In this document: piece by piece, positions 8,601 to 12,551 of the stretch
Numbering within the stretch: the stretch's first letter is position 1
Layout of the letters: every line of letters begins with the position of its first letter
The notes under the pieces: generated by a model
Told to the model about the DNA's origin: nothing
What the model saw: the letters and a program-made list of their open reading frames with translations, nothing else
The model's database searches: none
Made by a program: the position numbers and the translations under genes
Assembly (NCBI GenBank): GCA_013331805.1
Contig: DUFS01000054.1
Location: forward strand, 15,589 to 28,139
Origin: Candidatus Micrarchaeota archaeon
Lineage (GTDB): Archaea > Micrarchaeota > Micrarchaeia > Anstonellales > Anstonellaceae
Length of the DNA: 12,551 bases
Reading direction: 5' to 3'

Positions 8601-8621
8601 TACCTTGGTGCATCGATTGGC

Positions 8622-9295
8622 TCATGCAAAATTGCATGCTGCCCCGTTGCAGATTCCTGCGCATTTTGCGACAAAATCGTTGGTTCCGATTTCCTTCTTC
8701 CCAACGGAAATGCCTTCAATCACAGAATTGTAATGGAACCCAAAATTCTTTATAACAAGGTATCCGCGGCCCTCCCTGTCGCAGTTGTTCGTGGCGCCGT
8801 GGATGGTTGCCTGGAAATCCGGGTACGCCGCATTCCCGAACCTGAACCAGTTGTTGCACGATCCTCCGCCCCAATAGGTGGAGCAGGTCTCCTCGCCAGG
8901 CGCAAGTGTAATGTCCAAATCCCGATAAATTCCTTGTTCAACATCGTAATAGAATGAATCGCTGTCCCCCCTCCGGTAATCCCCGTTATAACAACCGTGC
9001 TGGAACCCGTATTCCTCACCTTGATGTGGAACTGGCTCACGACCCTGTTTGAAGTCTCGGTCCTTTCGAATGCTGGTCCGACTTCCACCAGGGCAAGCGG
9101 GCTTGCGGACTTCCAGTATATTTCGCTTTCAGCAAGCATTGCATCGCTGGAAGTGCCGGGAAAGAATCCCAGCAGCGCTATTGCCACAAGCGCTATCACA
9201 AGAACAACCGCGAGCAGCACCAGGTATTCGGTGGCACCCTGTCCGGCTTGAGAAAAAGTCGAAACTATCGAGGCGAATCGCCGTTTATGGCGCAT
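8622..9295 (-). pseudogene. Class III signal peptide (type IV pilin-like) protein split by a 1-nt frameshift
   Basis: AGQG|ATEYLVLLAVVLVIALVAIALLGFFPG prepilin-type motif. ORF 8750-9295 becomes R/P/T-rich after ITGGG, while an overlapping frame continues DSDSFYYDVEQGIYRDLDITLAPGEETC to the stop at 8622. One extra G in the G6 run (8966-8971) gives a single 224-aa protein. May be a sequencing error. Confidence 0.7.
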
Positions 9296-9296
9296 A

Positions 9297-9370
9297 TGCG
9301 GCTGCCGGGATTTGAACCCGGACCTCGAGCTTGGGAAGCTCAGATACTAACCAGGTTATACTACAACCGC
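9297..9370 (-). tRNA. tRNA-Gly (anticodon CCC), intronless, CCA not encoded
   Basis: Minus strand GCGGTTGTAGTATAACCTGGTTAGTATCTGAGCTTCCCAAGCTCGAGGTCCGGGTTCAAATCCCGGCAGCCGCA folds to a cloverleaf: acceptor GCGGTTG/CAGCCGC, D stem GTAT/GTAT, anticodon arm TGAGC-TTCCCAA-GCTCG, T arm CCGGG-TTCAAAT-CCCGG, discriminator A. Confidence 0.95.
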
Positions 9371-10387
9371 TTTGTAAGGAATTTCCCCCGCGTAGTTCGT
9401 TATTTCTTCATAAATATCTTTATTAGATGGGACGTATCCGCGCTTCACAAAATATTTGAACTTGACGATATTTTTGGGGTTCGAGCTCCCTACTAGCCTG
9501 AAGAATCTCAGTACTTCTTCCTGATCTTGAACCCTTATATCGTGTCCTTCTGTCGTATAGCCGCTTATCGTAAAACTTTTTGAAGGAGTGAAACCCGTCT
9601 TTTTTAGCAGGAAAACTATGCCTTTTCTGATGCTTGGAGACATTGTCTGAAATTCAATAATGGCTCGCCTGTAACCTTTTTGTTTGTAGTAAATGCCGCC
9701 ATCGGTGTCAACTAGCCCCCTGAGCGCGCCATAAACAAATTCTGTCCTTTCCAGTATCCATTTTGGCAAAGAAGCACGGTTTCTTATCTTGTTACCGGCA
9801 GTCAATCCCATGCCAGTTAAAAATTTGACTAACTCGCGCGAATAGCAGTCTAAAATTATTGTATTCTTATTGGTGTAGCTGGCAAATATCTTCGTCTCAA
9901 TTCCGAATAGTTTTCTAATTTCTCGCCTAATGTATTCCAAGTACTCCTTCTCATGAATTGCACATGTAATTGTCAGTTCATTTTTTCCGATATATCCATC
10001 ACCAAGAATTGCTCCAAACAATTCAGCAAGCTCCTCGCTTTTTTCAGGGATATCTATCTTTTTTGTCCACCTTCGTCCGCCAGTTGTTTTGCCCCCTACC
10101 TTCTGTCCCCAGTTTGACGACAATACCCCCTCCACCATTTCAGCCCTGATTTCACTGAACTTCCCTATCTGATATTTCTTGACGAGTTTCTTCGCTGTTT
10201 TGTAAGGGATGGTTGAATTTTCCTCCCCCCAGTCAATCCTCAATGTTTGGGCGCTGACTCCTGCCATTTCTGCCAAACCATCCCAAGTCAGTCCGCTTCT
10301 TTCCTTTATTTTTCTGATGAGTTCCCGTTGCAATCCCGCCTTGAATCTTAGGCGTTTGCCTGAGATGTTTTCTCCTCTCCTTCTCAT
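9356..10387 (-). CDS. Free-standing two-motif LAGLIDADG (DOD) homing endonuclease with N-terminal HTH domain
   Basis: Motif 1 ELAELFGAILGDGYI and motif 2 YGALRGLVDTDGGIY, both with the acidic catalytic residue. N-terminal XRE/Cro-like segment IKERSGLTWDGLAEMAGVSAQTL. No intein splice residues. More AT-rich than neighbours. Confidence 0.88.
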   Translation of the reverse strand: MRRRGENISGKRLRFKAGLQRELIRKIKERSGLTWDGLAEMAGVSAQTLRIDWGEENSTIPYKTAKKLVKKYQIGKFSEIRAEMVEGVLSSNWGQKVGGKTTGGRRWTKKIDIPEKSEELAELFGAILGDGYIGKNELTITCAIHEKEYLEYIRREIRKLFGIETKIFASYTNKNTIILDCYSRELVKFLTGMGLTAGNKIRNRASLPKWILERTEFVYGALRGLVDTDGGIYYKQKGYRRAIIEFQTMSPSIRKGIVFLLKKTGFTPSKSFTISGYTTEGHDIRVQDQEEVLRFFRLVGSSNPKNIVKFKYFVKRGYVPSNKDIYEEITNYAGEIPYKAVVV

Positions 10388-10408
10388 TATTTTTTTACTG
10401 CAGGGAGC

Positions 10409-10416
10409 TATTTAAA
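10409..10416 (-). promoter_or_regulatory. TATA box of the endonuclease gene (probably leaderless)
   Basis: TTTAAATA begins 29 nt before ATG 10387. No RBS precedes the ATG. Confidence 0.55.
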
Positions 10417-10427
10417 GCTATTATTTT

Positions 10428-10452
10428 TCCTACCAGGCTGGACTACAGCCGC
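10428..10452 (-). pseudogene. Stranded tRNA 5' fragment (positions 1-24, Gly-like)
   Basis: GCGGCTGTAGTCCAGCCTGGTAGGA has an acceptor 5' strand, T8 A9 and D arm TCC/GGA with the GG loop motif. Its GCGGCTG is the perfect complement of CAGCCGC at the 3' end of the tRNA at 9297-9370. Confidence 0.8.
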
Positions 10453-10474
10453 GCGTCTTTTGTTGGGGCTGCCC

Positions 10475-10492
10475 TATATTATAAAGTTTGCC
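10475..10492 (-). promoter_or_regulatory. BRE/TATA promoter upstream of the tRNA 5' fragment
   Basis: Minus strand GGCAAACTTTATAATATA; TTTATAAT starts 33 nt before fragment position 1. The AT core could also serve the divergent gene at 10552. Confidence 0.6.
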
Positions 10493-10551
10493 GGCGAATC
10501 GGTTTTCCGTCTTTGGGAATTGCGCAAATGCGCAGCAAAAGGTGGTTTTGG

Positions 10552-10788
10552 ATGGCTGAGAAAAATCCGGTCTGGGCAGCGGTCTTGAACGTCATCCCAG
10601 GGCTTGGAACCTGGCTGGTCTGCAAAAACGGGAGCAAGGGCATCAAGCTTTTCGGGATAGCGATCGTCCTCTGGATAGTTACGATGATTTCGTTTGGTCT
10701 TCTCGGCATCGTGTATTTCGCATACTGGCTCGTGGTCATTTACGATGGCTACATGGAGGCGCAGGGCAAGCCGCTTATCAAGATCTGA
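10552..10788 (+). CDS. Small two-helix membrane protein (TM2/NINE-like), 78 aa
   Basis: AGGTGG RBS before ATG 10552. KNPVWAAVLNVIPGLG motif, hydrophobic helices and a YDGY tail. Confidence 0.75.
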   Translation: MAEKNPVWAAVLNVIPGLGTWLVCKNGSKGIKLFGIAIVLWIVTMISFGLLGIVYFAYWLVVIYDGYMEAQGKPLIKI

Positions 10789-10844
10789 AATAATGCCCCA
10801 GTCAAACCGAACCGATTAAATTGCTGCGGCTGGAATATCCTACA

Positions 10845-11843
10845 ATGGGCATTCCTGTCAAGGCTATTTTCGCCTTCAACGCAAACATAGACCACCTCAA
10901 ATCGGCAAACGAGGAGGACATTGCTAAAATCGGGAAGTATTCCCCCCAGATAGCCAGCCAGCTTTCAGAATGCTTTTCCTGGGGAATGCAAAAGGAAATA
11001 GCAATCGACCAACATGGGTGCGAATTCTTCCTCTCAAGCTTCAGGTTTGACTCCAAGATGGTGGGCGGGCAGGCTGGGAACGCAGCCGAGCAGGCATCGG
11101 CGCTTGGGGTGGAATCCTTTCTCCACTCGAATTTCGCAAATCCCGACCTGTTGCAGCTTTTTTCGCGCCAGGAAAAAATCCTGGTTGCAGACGAGAACGG
11201 ATTCTTCCCAGCGGCATCTGCAAAAAACGAATCAAAAAGCGCGCACCATTTTGTGTTTGAGAACACTGAAAGCCACACAAGATTCATCGCATCTTACGAT
11301 CCTTTCCCGCTTCACCCGGAGGACAACTTCTGCAGGCATATTGAAAAGGAGCTTCCCCAAACCAACAAAGCGTTCATTGGCGGCCTGCACCTGGTGAAGA
11401 CTCCTGACAGGATGCGCAAGTTCCTTTCCGAAATGAAAAAGTGGAAGGAACTCAATCCGAAGCTCCAAATGTTCCTTGAAATGGGCGAGTTCCAGTCCCG
11501 CGATGTCCTCAAGGCCGTGCAGGATGAGGTATTCCCATTTGTGGACATGGTGGGGCTGAATGAAGCCGAGCTTGGCTCATTAGGCTATGAGCTTGAAGAG
11601 CTAGCCGAACACGCTGCCTCCGTGCTTTTCCACACTGCAGAGGAAAGCAGGGTAATCCCAGAAAGCAAGACAAATGCAGCAGCGCTTGAGTTTGCGAGAA
11701 GGTGCGCATCATTCTTCGCCGAAAATGGCAGGAGGGCCACACAGGATGATATTCGGGGCTACGATGCCAAGTTCATCCCCTCGCCGGCAAGAATAGTGGG
11801 CTTGGGCGACACTTTTTCCTGTGCCTACTTCATGTCTATCTGA
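10845..11843 (+). CDS. ADP-dependent glucokinase/phosphofructokinase family protein
   Basis: Family motifs FNANID, VGGQAGN, VGLNEAEL and IVGLGDTFS. ATG 10845 is preceded about 30 nt upstream by ATTAAATT. 332 aa. Confidence 0.85.
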   Translation: MGIPVKAIFAFNANIDHLKSANEEDIAKIGKYSPQIASQLSECFSWGMQKEIAIDQHGCEFFLSSFRFDSKMVGGQAGNAAEQASALGVESFLHSNFANPDLLQLFSRQEKILVADENGFFPAASAKNESKSAHHFVFENTESHTRFIASYDPFPLHPEDNFCRHIEKELPQTNKAFIGGLHLVKTPDRMRKFLSEMKKWKELNPKLQMFLEMGEFQSRDVLKAVQDEVFPFVDMVGLNEAELGSLGYELEELAEHAASVLFHTAEESRVIPESKTNAAALEFARRCASFFAENGRRATQDDIRGYDAKFIPSPARIVGLGDTFSCAYFMSI

Positions 11844-12396
11844 CCTTGCCGGAAAGGTAGGCAGCGGCAAGAACCCACGCCTCGAACGCGAACACCGTCA
11901 CCGTCTCAAAAAAGGGCGCGAACTGCCTGGAAATTTCTGCAAAAAGGAAAGCCGCAGACAGCAGCACTTGCAATGCTCCGAGCGCAAACAGCAGGTTTGC
12001 GTATCCCTTCTTTCGTGCATTGCTAACCGTGAAGGCAAGGACTGCGATTCCTGCGAGCGCAAAATATGCAAAGGAGAAAGTATAGTGTGGGGGGGTGGTG
12101 GTTGGGAACAGTCCGACTCCCAAGAGCGCAATTCCGGAAAGCATTCCTGCCGCGCAGGCTGCGGTGCCAAGTTTGCCCGTTGCAGATTTCCTGAGAAGAT
12201 AAAAAACTCCAACCACTATCATGCCAGCAAACATGCAGCCGTAATTGAAGAAAGGCGCGGAAGGCGCGAGGGGATTTCCGTATGAGGATAGGTAATCCTG
12301 GAAGAATGTGAGGCTCGGATTTGATAGGACCGCAAGCGCAAGGAGCAGGTTGAACAGCAGGAAACCAGCAAGCGCGGCTGCAAAGGGTCTGTTCAT
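11836..12396 (-). CDS. Multi-pass membrane protein, DUF998-like
   Basis: FFQDYLSSYG, FFNYG and GVGLFP...PHY motifs with about 5-6 hydrophobic helices. 8-nt convergent overlap with the kinase gene. Confidence 0.75.
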   Translation of the reverse strand: MNRPFAAALAGFLLFNLLLALAVLSNPSLTFFQDYLSSYGNPLAPSAPFFNYGCMFAGMIVVGVFYLLRKSATGKLGTAACAAGMLSGIALLGVGLFPTTTPPHYTFSFAYFALAGIAVLAFTVSNARKKGYANLLFALGALQVLLSAAFLFAEISRQFAPFFETVTVFAFEAWVLAAAYLSGKVR

Positions 12397-12420
12397 GCAG
12401 CCTTTACACTAGTAGAAAAT

Positions 12421-12551
12421 AAAAAAACATGCGACGATCTGGAGCGGCGGCTCCAGATGTCAATTTTTTTCAAGAAGAAAAAAATGCGACCGCGCTTGGG
12501 CTTGCCAGCCCAAGGGTTCGGCATTTTTATAAATAAAAAATGCGACCGCCG
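12421..12551 (-). repeat. Three ~55-nt-period units (A-run plus TGCGAC) separated by hairpins
   Basis: TGCGAC at 12430, 12485 and 12541. Exact 15-nt direct repeat AAAAAATGCGACCGC at 12479-12493 and 12535-12549. Hairpins at 12437-12458 (9 bp) and 12495-12514 (8 bp). Confidence 0.7.
12541..12551 (-). tRNA. Probable 3' end of another tRNA (Gly-like) truncated by the window edge
   Basis: Minus strand CGGCGGTCGCA followed by T6. It is 9/11 identical to the 3' end of the tRNA-Gly at 9297 (CGGCAGCCGCA). Only 11 nt are visible. Confidence 0.45.

Larger units (their letters stand above)
9297..10452 (-). mobile_element. Putative tRNA-targeting homing-endonuclease cassette (tRNA 5' fragment, endonuclease, recoded tRNA)
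   Basis: The endonuclease gene is bracketed by two related tRNA 5' sequences (10428-10452 and 9345-9370) in the same orientation, with a compositional shift inside. Confidence 0.65.

Noticed and set aside
8750..8965. C-terminal 71 aa of the 181-aa pilin ORF as a real sequence
   Set aside because: R/P/T/A-rich out-of-frame character; the overlapping frame gives a more plausible pilin-like continuation.
9407..9416. TATA-like TATTTATGAA inside the endonuclease ORF about 40 nt upstream of the intact tRNA
   Set aside because: Imperfect match within an AT-rich coding region. It could be an internal tRNA promoter but cannot be supported without TSS data.
9356..10387. Endonuclease as part of an intein, or as a WhiA-type regulator
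   Set aside because: There is no N-terminal Cys/Ser splice block, no C-terminal His-Asn and no flanking extein frame. Both LAGLIDADG motifs keep acidic residues, and the HTH is N-terminal rather than C-terminal as in WhiA.
9297..10452. Integrase-type attL/attR island
   Set aside because: No recombinase gene lies between the tRNA copies, and the duplicated part is diverged with compensatory changes rather than an identical core.
12421..12551. CRISPR array
   Set aside because: The shared repeat is only 6-15 nt and partly an A-run, the hairpins are in the variable parts, and there are no cas genes in the window.

Overview
Archaeal chromosomal window, most likely DPANN/Micrarchaeota-like (inferred from GAGGTG/GGTG ribosome-binding sites, TATA boxes about 30 nt before ATG, a CCA-less tRNA, a GQGATEYL class III signal peptide and an ADP-dependent sugar kinase). 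The left part is a minus-strand run (secreted beta-strand-rich protein, duplicated Cys-rich repeat protein, DUF4139/4140 protein) divergent from a TrmB-family regulator, a secreted Ig-like protein and Elp3. A SelB-like factor and a frameshifted pilin-like gene follow on the minus strand. The most striking structure is at 9297-10492. A free-standing HTH-LAGLIDADG endonuclease gene sits between a stranded 25-nt tRNA 5' fragment, which has a TATA box upstream, and a complete but differently coded tRNA-Gly(CCC) whose first 15 nt also encode the endonuclease's last codons and stop. This looks like an intron-less homing element that invades a tRNA gene and supplies a recoded replacement. The right end holds a small membrane protein, a compact ADP-dependent kinase, a DUF998-like protein and ~55-nt-period hairpin repeats that end like tRNA 3' ends, next to a probable second tRNA cut by the window edge.
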